Of a DNA stretch of 64,000 nucleotides, positions 38,701-47,065 are shown piece after piece. The position numbers and the translations under genes are program-made. Position 1 is the stretch's first letter. Every line of letters starts with the position of its first letter. The DNA comes from Candidatus Omnitrophota bacterium (GTDB lineage Bacteria > Omnitrophota > Gorgyraeia > Zapsychrales > JANLHA01): contig JBFMEN010000029.1 of NCBI GenBank assembly GCA_040753435.1, positions 8,173 through 72,172 of the forward strand, written 5' to 3'. The notes under the pieces are model-generated. The model did not search any database, was not told where the DNA came from, and was given only the letters and a program-made list of their open reading frames with translations.

Positions 38701-41700
38701 GGAGTTCCATCCGGGCTGGATCCGAAAGAGGCGGAGAGAAGGTTGCAACTTGAAGGAAAAATAGAGGAAAAGAAATCTCGTTTAGGCGCGGTCAGCATGA
38801 TCCGGGCGGTAATTCAAACTGGATATGATATTGAGAAATGGCAGGATGTGCTGAGAAAGAGAATGACGGGCGAGAAGGATGAGGAAGTTCTGGCAGCGAT
38901 TAAAGAGACGCTCGCGATGGTGGATATTTATGAAAAAATCCGTCAAAACGATTTGGACGGTTTTGGGAAATTGATTTCCTCGGCGGATTTGAAAATGATC
39001 GGCGCGGTGTTCGAAGCTGTTACCGTTATGGGAAATCGGACTGGAGTGGTGGATAAAAACAGAGAGGAAGAAGTCAAGCGAAGGGAACGCCTTAAACAGC
39101 GGTGGGATCAATTGGTGAATCGCCGGAAAGTTCTGGAAGAGCTGCTTGAGGTGCTGAAGGAGCAGGAGACGCTTGGATTGCCCGGAGGGGCGTCCCTTTT
39201 TGAAGAAGAAAAAAATATTTTTTCCAGCGAGCGGAAGGAAAAACTGATTCAGAATATGGTGGCTCGGGAAACAGAGATTGAACGGGCGTTAATGACTGTT
39301 GGTGGTGGTTTCTGGAGAAACCGTTTAGCCGCGACCAAGGCAGTTCAGAGATTGATTGAAGCCGGACTGGGTGTTCAAAAAAGGGTCGGCTTTTTGGAGC
39401 AGAGAATTAAAATTGAAGACAATATTGATGTTTTAAACGCTATGGCAGCAGCGTTGGGCGCGGGTTACCGGGCTGGGGCTGCGGTTGGGTTAACTGGAAC
39501 AAAATTTGAGGAAATACTTGAAATCGAAAAAGATCACGGGGCGATTCGGAGCCCCGCAGCCAAATGGGTTTTGATCAGGAATGTTAAAATGATCCAGAGT
39601 TTGATTGAAGGCGGACATGGTGATGAGAAATGGGTCCGTCTTTTAGAACAAAGGATCGCGGTTGAAACAGATGAGGAAGTTCGGAATGTTTTAAGTGAAG
39701 CTTTGGGCAGCGGATACCGGGCCGGGATTTCTGTCGGGATGAATGAGTCGGACATTGAAGCATCTTTTCAAAAAGGGAAAGGCGGAGAAATTTACAAGAT
39801 CAGGGCTTTAATCAGGGGCGGGCATGGGAAATGGGTTGATTTTTTGGAGGAAAGAGTCAGGAAAGAAGAAAAGGACACAGCTGCCTTTTTGGGGTTGGGG
39901 AAACTTTTAGGAGAGGTTTATCAATCCGGCATTCCGACCGGCGTGGATCCGGATGTGATGATAACATTGTTGAATTCAGGAAATGGCATGACGGACAGGT
40001 TTACCCGCTTAAGTTTAGTCAGGATGATCAGAGGATTAATTGAAGGAGGGCAGGATGTCGGGGTCTGGGTGAAAGCTTTGGAAGAAAGGATGAAAAAAGA
40101 AACAAATTATGATGTTCTTCAAAGCATTGGCGAGGCTTTGGGGGCCGCATATCGTTCCGGCGCCCATGTCGGTTTGGATCTGGATACGATTAAGAGTAAG
40201 TTAAATTTTGAAGGTGAAGATGCCAATGCCGGGTGGCCGGTTCGTTTCGGCGCAGCCAGGATGATTCAGGGCCTGATTGAAAGAGGATACAACGTTGAGC
40301 AATTGATGATTATGATAAAAGAGCGAGTGAGAGACGAAGAAATAAATATCGATGTCCAACGGGCGCTTCAGGAAACACTCGCGATGGCGGGTATTTATGA
40401 AAAAATCCGTCAGAACGATCTGGACGGTTTTGGGAAATGGATTTCCTCGGCGAATTTGACAACGGTTATTGCGGCGGTAGAGGTTCTTGACGCTATGAGA
40501 TCGGAAGGAAAAAATATTCTTTGGCGTGAATGGAAGGAGAAGTTATATCAGAGCGTTGTGTCACGGAAAGCCGGATTGTCCTTGACTTCCCATGTGGAAG
40601 ACAGGAAAGGGCTTTTAGTTAAAGTCGGGATCATCCAGCGGTTGATTGAAGCGGGACAGGATGTTCAAAAATGGGTCGGTCTTCTGGAGGATGAAATTTG
40701 GGATGAAGTGAGGCCGGATGTTGTAATGGCCATGGGAGAAGCGCTGGGGGCTGGTTACCGGAAAGGAGCCGTGACCGCTTTAACCGAAGAAATGATTGCA
40801 GGGATGCTTAATGACGACTCTGGCGATGAGTCCTGGAAAAAAAGAGTCGGAGCAGCCCGGATGATGCAAGGGTTGATTGAGAGCGGGAATGAACCTGCAA
40901 AATGGGCTGCTATTTTGGAACAGAGATTAAGGACGGGAATCGATGGCACTTGGGTTTTAAATGCTCTTGGGGATGCGCTGGCTGCCGCATATAGAAGAGG
41001 AATTCCTGCTGCTTGGGATGAAGAAACGATCAAAACGAATTTCATCGGAAAAGACGATGATTGGAATAAAGGCTTTATCGCGGCTAATGTGATTAAAAGG
41101 CTGATTGAGGATGGCCAGGAAGTTGAGAAATGGGTCAGGTTTTTGGAACAGAATGTTGATTTTACAAAAAATGACAGTTTTTTAAGAAGTTCGATTGAGA
41201 CGTTGGCAACGGGATACCGATCCGGAATTTCCTCAGGGTTGCAACCGAATATAATCTTTGATGTACTTAATTTCGGAGCAGATTCTTCAGGGTGGGGAAT
41301 TCGTTTCGCCGCGGCCGGGTTGGTTGGGAGCTTAATTGAAAGCGGGCAGGCTCGCGAAAAATGGGTTGGTGTTTTGGAACTCAGGATTTTTGGGGAAGAA
41401 GATTTTCGTGTTTTGCGGGCTTTAAGCGATGCCCTGGGAGCGGGATACCGGGCCGGAGTTCCGGTCGGGCTGGATCCGGAAGATGTTGAGAAAGGGATTG
41501 ATCTTGAAGGGGAGACAGGGGAACAGAAATTTCGTTTTCGCGAGGTTAGCCTGATCGGGGCGTTCATTCAAGCCGGATATGATATTGAGAAATGGCGGGA
41601 TGTGCTGAAAAAGAGAATGGCGGTCGAGAAGGATGAGAATGTTCTATCGGTGATTAAAGAGACACTCACGACGGCGGTTGTCGATGAAAAAATCCGTCAA

Positions 41701-44700
41701 AACGATCTGGAAGGTTTCGGGAAATGGGTTTCCTTGGCGCATTTGACAACGATCAGGACGGCGTTAGAGGTTGTTAACACCATGGAAAAGCGGATGGGAT
41801 CGGTGGATAAAAACAGAGAGGAAGAAATCAAGCGAAGAGAACGCATTCAACAGCGGCGGGAGCAATTGATGGAGCGCCGGAAAGTCCTGGAAGAGTTGCT
41901 TGAGGTGTTAAGGGAACAGGAGGGGCTCGGGTTGACTGGAGGGGCGGTCTTTTCTGAAGAAGAAAAAAATATTTTTTCCCGTGAATGGAAGGAGAATTTA
42001 TATCAGAAAATTTTATCAAGGAAAGAAGAGATCAAAAAGGCGTTAGGTGCCGAAGATTTACAGATTCGACTTGACGCAGTTTCGGTCATCCGGGAGCTGA
42101 TTGAAAATGGGAAAGACATCGGGGAGTGGGTTGAAGTTTTGGAACAGCGGTTCAGGATTGAGGATGAGCCCAGGCTCGTCAAGGCTTTGGGGGAGGCGCT
42201 TGGATCCGCTTACCGGACAGGGGTGCCATGCGGCCTGAGCGAAGAGGAAACAAGAAAAAAGCTTGATCCATCGAACTGGGAGGCGAGTCATTTTGAATTA
42301 ATGCGATTTGGAGCAATCAAGCTGATCCATGGACTTATAGAAGGAGGGCATGATAAAGAAAAATGGGTTCGTATTTTAGAAGAAAAATTTTCTTTGTCTG
42401 AGGCCTCAGCTGCCTCGATAGCTTTAGCTGAGGCTCTGGTTGAGGGCTATCGGGACGGGGTCGCGCCTGGATTAAAGGAAGAAGGGCTTGAGACGATGCT
42501 TACTTTCGGAGAGGGGGATGGCTTTTGGCGGTTTCGCCTCGCCGCAATTAAAGTCATTAAATTTTTGATTGAAAAAGGAGAGAATGTCCCGAAGTGGGTT
42601 GAAATGTTGGAGAAGCGAATCCTCGTGGAAAAGAATGATACGGTTATGAAAGCGCTTAGTGAGGCGCTGGGTATCGGATACAGGGCGGGAGCCCCAGCCG
42701 GATTGAACGAAACATTGATCAATACGAGCCTTGGGATAGGAAGCAGTGTAATGCGAAAGAGGGAAGTCAGAAAAATCCAGAGCTTGATTGAAGGAGGACG
42801 GGATATCGGGAAGTGGGTTGCTGTTTTGGAGATGCGGATTAATGTTGAAACAAATACGGAAGTTTTAAGTGCGCTCGCGGAAGCGTTAAGCGCGGGTTAC
42901 CGTGCCGGTGCTGCGGTCGGGCTAAACGAAACAGCGATTCTGGCGGGATTGAATCCAGGGAAAAATGAAGAAGAAGGAGTGCGGGCGGTCAAAATGATCC
43001 AAAGCCTGATTGATGCGGGGCTCAATGTCGAAAAATGGGTACGGGTTTTGGAACACAAAATGAAAGAGGAAAACCGCGATCGTGTTGTGCAGGTTATGGA
43101 AGATGCCGTAATTGCGGGTTATCAGGGCGGAGTTTCTGTCGGTTTGGACAAAGAAACGGTGATGAAGATGCTTTATTGGGAAAAAGATGTTTTAAGCTGG
43201 GAAATTCGGTTGAGAGCAGGCCGGATCATTCAGGCCTTGATTCAGGAAGGCCGTGAGATCGAGACCTGGGTGGCCATATTGAAATCGAGGAAAAAAAGAG
43301 AGAGAACGTGGGATGTTTCATCGGCGCTTCAGGAAACGATCGAGACGGCAGATGCTTATAAAAAAATTCGTCAGAACGATCTGGAGGATTTCGGTAAATG
43401 GCTCTCTTCGGCGGATTTGAAAATGATCGACCCGGTGTTCAAAGCTGTTAACGTCATGGAAAACCGGGCTGGAGTGGTGGATAAAAACAGAGAGGAAGAA
43501 ATCAAGCGAAGGGAACGCCTTCAACAGCGGCAGGATCAATTGGTTAATCGTCGGAAAGTCCTGGAAGAGTTGCTTGAGGTATTGAAGCAGCTGGAAACAG
43601 TGAAAACAACATTTGTCAGGACACGGCAATGGACTTCGGCAGAAACCGGGACAGTGGCAGAGATGAAAAAGCAAACGGTTGAGGTTCTCCGGGCCAAAGA
43701 ACAAGAGATGATGGAGGAGTCGTTTTCAAAAGAGAAGGCAAGATTAATTCAATTGTTGATTGAAAATGGAAGTGACGTTGAGAAGAGGAAGTGGGTAGGG
43801 ATATTGGAAGAACGGGCAAAGAGTGAAACAGACATTGACGTTGCTCGTTCCTTGGGAGCTGCTCTTGGAGCGGGATACCGTGCCGGGGTTCTTCCGGGTT
43901 TAACGGAAGCAGAGATTCAAAACAATTTAAATATTGCCTGGATTGGGGGAATTCGGTTCGGTGCTGTAAAGATGATTCAAGGGTTGATTGAAAAAGGAAT
44001 TAACGTTGAGGCGTGGGTAAGGATATTGGAAAAACGGGTAAAGATTGAAACAGACAATGACGTTGCTCGTTCCTTGGGAGCTGCTCTTGGAGCGGGATAC
44101 CGTGCCAGGGTTCTTCCGGGTTTAACGGAAGCAGAGATTCAGAAAAATTTAAATACCGGAAACGGCACTGATAATTGCGGTATTCGTTTCATTGCAGTGA
44201 AGATGATTCAGGGGTTGATGGAAAACGGTCAGGATGTTGAGAAGTGGGTGAGAGCATTGGAAGAATGGGCAAAGAGTGAAACAGAAGCAGATGTTATTCT
44301 CGCGCTGGAGGAAGCGCTTGTAGCGGGATATCGGGCCGGAGTACTTGCGGGATTAAAGGAAGAAGAGATTAAAGAAAATTTGAACAGCGTGGTTTGGAAT
44401 ATTCGTTTCATTGCCGTGAAGATGATTCAGGGGTTGATTGAAAACGGTCGGGATGTTGCGAAGTGGGTGAGAGCGTTGGAAGAACGGGCAAAGAGTGAAA
44501 CAGATGGAGATGTTATTTTCGCCTTGGTAGAAGCGCTTGTAGCGGGATACAAGACTGGAGTTTTTCCGGGATTAACGGAAACAGAGATTCAGCGAAATTT
44601 AAATGCTGGAAACGACTCTGAAGATTGGAATATTCGTTTGATTGCAGTGAAGATGATTCAGGGGTTGATTGAAAACGGTCAGGATGCTGAGAAGTGGGTG

Positions 44701-46872
44701 AGAGCATTGGAAGAATGGGCAAAGAGTGAAAAAGATGCAGATGTTATTTTCGCCTTGGGAGAAGCGCTCGGAGTGGGATACCGTACCGGGATTTCTGTGG
44801 GATTAACGGAAACAGAGATTCAGAAAAATTTAAATACCGGAAACAGCGCTGAGAATTGGAAAATTCGTTTTTCTGCCGTGAAGATAATTCAGGGGTTGAT
44901 TGAAAACGGTCAGGATGGTGAGAAGTGGATGAAGATATTGGAAGAACGGGTAAAGACTGAAAGCAATGAAAATGTTTTACAGGCGATGGGCGAGGCGATG
45001 GCGCGGGGTTTTATTCAGAAAGAAGACAGCGAGGGTTTTGCCCTGTGGGGTTCGACAGTTAATGCTTCAGTCTTGTCCGGAGTGCTGACTGCTCTGCAAA
45101 AGGCGAAGAATGAAGAAGAGGAGATTAGACAGCGGTCATTTGAAACAGTGGATAAAGACAAACTGATTGAGCGCAAGGCTGTTTTGGAAGAATTGCTTGA
45201 GGTATTGAAGCAGCTGGAAACAGTGGAAACAACATTTGTCAGGACACGGCAATGGAATTCGGCAGAAACCGGGACAGCGGCTGAGATGAAAAAGCAAATG
45301 GTTGAGGTTCTCCGGGCCAAAGAACAAGAGATGATGGAGGGGCTGTTTTCAAAAGAGCAGGTTAGGTTGATTCAGGTGTTGATTGAAAACAGGCAGGACG
45401 CTGAAAAGTGGATGAGAAGGCTGGAAGAACAGGCAAAGAGTGAAGCAGATACAGACACTGTTTTCGCCTTGGGAGAAGCGCTTGCAGCGGGATACCGGGC
45501 CGGAGTACTTGCGGGATTAAAGGAAGAAGAGATTAAAGAAAATTTGAATACCGGGAATGGCAATGTAGATTGGAAAATTCGTTTCATTGCAGTGAAGATA
45601 ATCCAGGGGTTGATTGAAAGCGGTCAGGATGTTGAGAAGAGGAAGTGGGTGGGGATATTGGAAAAACGGGTAAAGATTGAAGCAGACGCAGATGTTATTC
45701 GTGCCTTGGGAGAAGCGCTTGGAGCGGGAGACAAAGCAGGCGTGTCTGTGAGATTAACGGAAACAGAGATTCTGGAAAATTTGAATAACGGAAATGGTAC
45801 GGAGAATTGGAAAATTCGTTTCAGTGCCGTGAAGATGATTCAGGGGTTGATTGAAAATGAGAAGGACGTTGAGAAGTGGGTCAGGATATTGGAAAAACGG
45901 GCAAAGATTGAAACAGATGGATCTGTTGTTCTCGCCTTGGGAGAGGCGCTTGGAGCGGGATACCGTGCCGGGGTTCCTGCGGGATTAACGGAAACAGAGA
46001 TTGAAGAAAATTTAAATGCTCCATGGACTTGGGGGAGTCGGTTCATTGCCGTGAAGATGATTCAGGGGTTGATTGAAAATGAGAAGGAAGTTGAGAAGTG
46101 GGTCAGGATATTGGAAAAACGGGTAAAGATTGAAATAGGTGGAGATGTTGTCCTTGCTTTGGGAGAAGCGCTCGGAGCAGGATACAAGGCCGGTGCTTCT
46201 GCGGGATTAACGGAAACAGAGATTAAAGAAAATTTGACTAATTTGACTAATGATGAGGATCAGAGATTTCGTTTTTCTGCCGTGAAGATAATTCAGGGGT
46301 TGATTGAAAACGGTCAGGATGGTGAGAAGTGGATGAAGGTATTGGAAGACCGGGTAAAGACTGAAAGAAATGAAAGCGTTTTACAGGCGGTGGGCGAGGC
46401 GATGGCGCGGGGTTTTATTCAGAAAGAAGACAGCGAGGGTTTTGCCCTGTGGGGTTCGACAGTTAATGCTTCAGTCTTGTCCGGAGTGCTGACCGCTCTA
46501 AAAGAGGCGATGAAAGAAGAAGAGAATCCAGATGGGACGCTTCTTCAGCAAACATTGCGAAAAAAGTTTGACAGCCTGAAGAAACAATTACGATCTCTTG
46601 AAGATGGGAATTCCATTGGAAAAAAAGCGGATTCCGCGATTTTGACGGAAGATAAAGACGGGAATAGAGATAAGGCTGGAATAAAACCTCCCGGAGGGAT
46701 TGATCTTAACCCGCAAGGAATGGAAATGGAGATTCAGGGAAATGGCGGTTTTCAATGGGATTTGCCTGCGAATTTTGATTTGGAGAGCATAGAGGGTCTG
46801 ACTCCTGTCATCATTGAAATCGCTCCGGGTTCTTTTCCGGTTTCCTTGTTGCAACTGGTTCAGGCAAAGTGA
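32773..46872 (+). CDS. Giant-locus ORF 3 (4699 aa). Two tandem AAA_5-like (MoxR/midasin/dynein-type) modules are embedded in about 45 HEAT/ARM-like ~77-aa helical repeat units, organised into roughly 5 super-modules separated by a recurring ~120-aa coiled-coil spacer.
   Basis: Walker A-like GETGLGKDE (33562-33582) with Walker-B-position IIREAHK and ARVVLSVN. Second module Walker A VGKPGAGKST (34747-34776) with Walker-B-position ILNLTES and TIHDINPPG...FPDDFIERH. Repeat unit: KWVRILEER.K.E.D.DV..ALGEALGAGYRAG.P.GL.E.EI..NLN.G....W.IRF.AVKMIQGLIE.G.DVE. Spacer: YEKIRQNDL.GFGKW.S.A.L ... KNREEEIKRRERLQQR...RRKVLEELLEVLK. Confidence 0.8.
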   Translation: MGSSLAAVKMIQGLIESKIDVAKWVRMWVRILEERFKVETERDVLGAVVEALAAGYKAGAPVGITDAGIEERLNTENWGGRLAAVKMIQGFIERRIAVAKWVRILEERFKVETDPEVLIAWGEALAAGYGEGAPVGLTDAVSSGEWRSLREFGKSSETKEINGDNGERIFENAQGLRWKINEEGNFQISQNNGQFIPLKQNLEGNGPRDLYEIDASRILAFDQISETVNVLVKENDAWRVEHELMMEEEDRANSWDGVMLRLIGETGLGKDEITLAAANLIGEEVYVAVGNSDMDVEDLVTGFQSLGGQEKGTSGVEPSGLNKVMHNGGWYIIREAHKLRPGVFNALKSHVSAKDHKWPVMRDGIERFETIQNNPRARVVLSVNRIRKGITGASTETNGPMQDRERDLEFYWLEPDDEVDLQVEYALAMAREKGLHSDDWETFEDQVRKDARELVDIAAQLRLTFAGYNAEQQAEILRDWNLIDSKNLVQKMVKDSRIKQLFESGPAFETGEMLKRPPSPRVVKNILQHLILFPKDRRYRSFEIVKKYYNFHAEISGELEEAAIEKFTEWESKRPDSHPVKLTEKSFIVDGQDLIIRPEPEADGTTYWDEVRVPLHSKASIRTRGVPGEVLDWIKSGANAQNLYSYLQGRALGKHWIFVGKPGAGKSTMIAAIQKLLNAPGSMKLEITEETRKDHLTYSRNIKEFETRFTKEVLPSAMEDEYGEGQILNLTESTQGRPSMLSLLNEVSERNELPDPNSKTQVKKAKRGFGTIHDINPPGTADRLKAFPDDFIERHMIMWFDTPPSDQVTMYLEEAGQGRTFPEDIKFQVHPSLIGQPRQDANGNSEKYDDGEIKYTGIVGIGQEINRKLMEDPYFFPKDREISYRNLQAFVKAIVAYYERDISMGNTPQDVILNLFMETFTLEGKPGKMLEWRTNILKVFQDLGLYDPQAGQDDGSGGIVPDAIEKFLNKEGVLVQNLPVLKEPDSGYLNIDRILRFLQTNTVGLGIRRNLDELSSEAGKLLSAETKESLSKWNALPVSEKARRLRAIREIYDVLGLIKENRFDSKQGPAYQSEEQVRLGAIIEQIVSVIVVQWNWPQEIFTRADLTETAKMSLTEILDRQRDRFPEISNAIYKVMLSDGKKEYLDELEKEIAKKGKDVSALKEIVNILKQTRALFFQNLIKSLNQKIREEELAVSNRQPDAPDQGNWTRAQVEEDLARVNQSLAGIEKERGSLINNEVKNISLREGRDKLLQRISLRKEALLSDVQKQDGNDFDWEIRLRAVRIIQSLVEAGDDSWDMLLEERIMREDDFDVLEALGEALGAAYRAGADVGLDEENIHLGLEAQEDEIRFGAVMMIRALIEGGNDIEKWVRLLEKAIEKEEEFAVLRAMGDVLGMGYQAGVSSGLNKTTVRRQLNSDKGSESRAIQKIRALIKGGDAATRQRWVRILEKRILIEEEPSLVKGLGEVLGIAYKEGVRCGLDKAKIQSMIQTPGGSPNSDFRLGALQMIRGLIEKGMDVGHWVEVLEKAISVEMDQKLLDLMGDALAVGYQAGAPVGLDENFIKAGLEVRGIDHWEGHRLGAVKSIRALIQGGHDVEKWSNVLAERRAKEDSPIVVPAIQEAMEMGVAYEKIRRGDWESLAEWSSLTDLSSAYEALRAINAMSARKQNSFSSEWKDLLIQKIRARESELTLNSSQEDWKMLVVTVRIIQRLIESGDDAEKWVGFLEDEIRDEVRPDVLMAFGEALGAVYRKGAPFGLREGMIRVMLNDDAYWKTRAGAARMIQGLIESGQTPKKWVSVLKRRLKSESDVDVLHLIGKALAAAYRRGLLAGGDETRIKRDVEGINADWDKGFIALNVIKSLIEDGQEVEKWVRFLESKIKTEQDDSILRVMIEALGAGYRFGIPVELDVDTIKEILSFKEDVIDWEIRFAADGLVLELIKRRHLPGTLVNLLEQQMLVETHSRVLPALSEALEAGYRAGVPSGLDPKEAERRLQLEGKIEEKKSRLGAVSMIRAVIQTGYDIEKWQDVLRKRMTGEKDEEVLAAIKETLAMVDIYEKIRQNDLDGFGKLISSADLKMIGAVFEAVTVMGNRTGVVDKNREEEVKRRERLKQRWDQLVNRRKVLEELLEVLKEQETLGLPGGASLFEEEKNIFSSERKEKLIQNMVARETEIERALMTVGGGFWRNRLAATKAVQRLIEAGLGVQKRVGFLEQRIKIEDNIDVLNAMAAALGAGYRAGAAVGLTGTKFEEILEIEKDHGAIRSPAAKWVLIRNVKMIQSLIEGGHGDEKWVRLLEQRIAVETDEEVRNVLSEALGSGYRAGISVGMNESDIEASFQKGKGGEIYKIRALIRGGHGKWVDFLEERVRKEEKDTAAFLGLGKLLGEVYQSGIPTGVDPDVMITLLNSGNGMTDRFTRLSLVRMIRGLIEGGQDVGVWVKALEERMKKETNYDVLQSIGEALGAAYRSGAHVGLDLDTIKSKLNFEGEDANAGWPVRFGAARMIQGLIERGYNVEQLMIMIKERVRDEEINIDVQRALQETLAMAGIYEKIRQNDLDGFGKWISSANLTTVIAAVEVLDAMRSEGKNILWREWKEKLYQSVVSRKAGLSLTSHVEDRKGLLVKVGIIQRLIEAGQDVQKWVGLLEDEIWDEVRPDVVMAMGEALGAGYRKGAVTALTEEMIAGMLNDDSGDESWKKRVGAARMMQGLIESGNEPAKWAAILEQRLRTGIDGTWVLNALGDALAAAYRRGIPAAWDEETIKTNFIGKDDDWNKGFIAANVIKRLIEDGQEVEKWVRFLEQNVDFTKNDSFLRSSIETLATGYRSGISSGLQPNIIFDVLNFGADSSGWGIRFAAAGLVGSLIESGQAREKWVGVLELRIFGEEDFRVLRALSDALGAGYRAGVPVGLDPEDVEKGIDLEGETGEQKFRFREVSLIGAFIQAGYDIEKWRDVLKKRMAVEKDENVLSVIKETLTTAVVDEKIRQNDLEGFGKWVSLAHLTTIRTALEVVNTMEKRMGSVDKNREEEIKRRERIQQRREQLMERRKVLEELLEVLREQEGLGLTGGAVFSEEEKNIFSREWKENLYQKILSRKEEIKKALGAEDLQIRLDAVSVIRELIENGKDIGEWVEVLEQRFRIEDEPRLVKALGEALGSAYRTGVPCGLSEEETRKKLDPSNWEASHFELMRFGAIKLIHGLIEGGHDKEKWVRILEEKFSLSEASAASIALAEALVEGYRDGVAPGLKEEGLETMLTFGEGDGFWRFRLAAIKVIKFLIEKGENVPKWVEMLEKRILVEKNDTVMKALSEALGIGYRAGAPAGLNETLINTSLGIGSSVMRKREVRKIQSLIEGGRDIGKWVAVLEMRINVETNTEVLSALAEALSAGYRAGAAVGLNETAILAGLNPGKNEEEGVRAVKMIQSLIDAGLNVEKWVRVLEHKMKEENRDRVVQVMEDAVIAGYQGGVSVGLDKETVMKMLYWEKDVLSWEIRLRAGRIIQALIQEGREIETWVAILKSRKKRERTWDVSSALQETIETADAYKKIRQNDLEDFGKWLSSADLKMIDPVFKAVNVMENRAGVVDKNREEEIKRRERLQQRQDQLVNRRKVLEELLEVLKQLETVKTTFVRTRQWTSAETGTVAEMKKQTVEVLRAKEQEMMEESFSKEKARLIQLLIENGSDVEKRKWVGILEERAKSETDIDVARSLGAALGAGYRAGVLPGLTEAEIQNNLNIAWIGGIRFGAVKMIQGLIEKGINVEAWVRILEKRVKIETDNDVARSLGAALGAGYRARVLPGLTEAEIQKNLNTGNGTDNCGIRFIAVKMIQGLMENGQDVEKWVRALEEWAKSETEADVILALEEALVAGYRAGVLAGLKEEEIKENLNSVVWNIRFIAVKMIQGLIENGRDVAKWVRALEERAKSETDGDVIFALVEALVAGYKTGVFPGLTETEIQRNLNAGNDSEDWNIRLIAVKMIQGLIENGQDAEKWVRALEEWAKSEKDADVIFALGEALGVGYRTGISVGLTETEIQKNLNTGNSAENWKIRFSAVKIIQGLIENGQDGEKWMKILEERVKTESNENVLQAMGEAMARGFIQKEDSEGFALWGSTVNASVLSGVLTALQKAKNEEEEIRQRSFETVDKDKLIERKAVLEELLEVLKQLETVETTFVRTRQWNSAETGTAAEMKKQMVEVLRAKEQEMMEGLFSKEQVRLIQVLIENRQDAEKWMRRLEEQAKSEADTDTVFALGEALAAGYRAGVLAGLKEEEIKENLNTGNGNVDWKIRFIAVKIIQGLIESGQDVEKRKWVGILEKRVKIEADADVIRALGEALGAGDKAGVSVRLTETEILENLNNGNGTENWKIRFSAVKMIQGLIENEKDVEKWVRILEKRAKIETDGSVVLALGEALGAGYRAGVPAGLTETEIEENLNAPWTWGSRFIAVKMIQGLIENEKEVEKWVRILEKRVKIEIGGDVVLALGEALGAGYKAGASAGLTETEIKENLTNLTNDEDQRFRFSAVKIIQGLIENGQDGEKWMKVLEDRVKTERNESVLQAVGEAMARGFIQKEDSEGFALWGSTVNASVLSGVLTALKEAMKEEENPDGTLLQQTLRKKFDSLKKQLRSLEDGNSIGKKADSAILTEDKDGNRDKAGIKPPGGIDLNPQGMEMEIQGNGGFQWDLPANFDLESIEGLTPVIIEIAPGSFPVSLLQLVQAK

Positions 46873-47065
46873 ACTTTTTCACAACAACACGTTTTTGTTT
46901 TTAAACACCTTCCTTTTTTATAAAAAAATAACCCTTTAAAAACTTTAATATCTTCATGAAAACAAACAATTTAGAGTGCTTTTTTGTCTGAAAAAATGGC
47001 ACGAAAAATGCTGTCTGACAGGTATTCAATAAAAACACAATGCCGTTTTTGAAAGGAGCCCCGAA

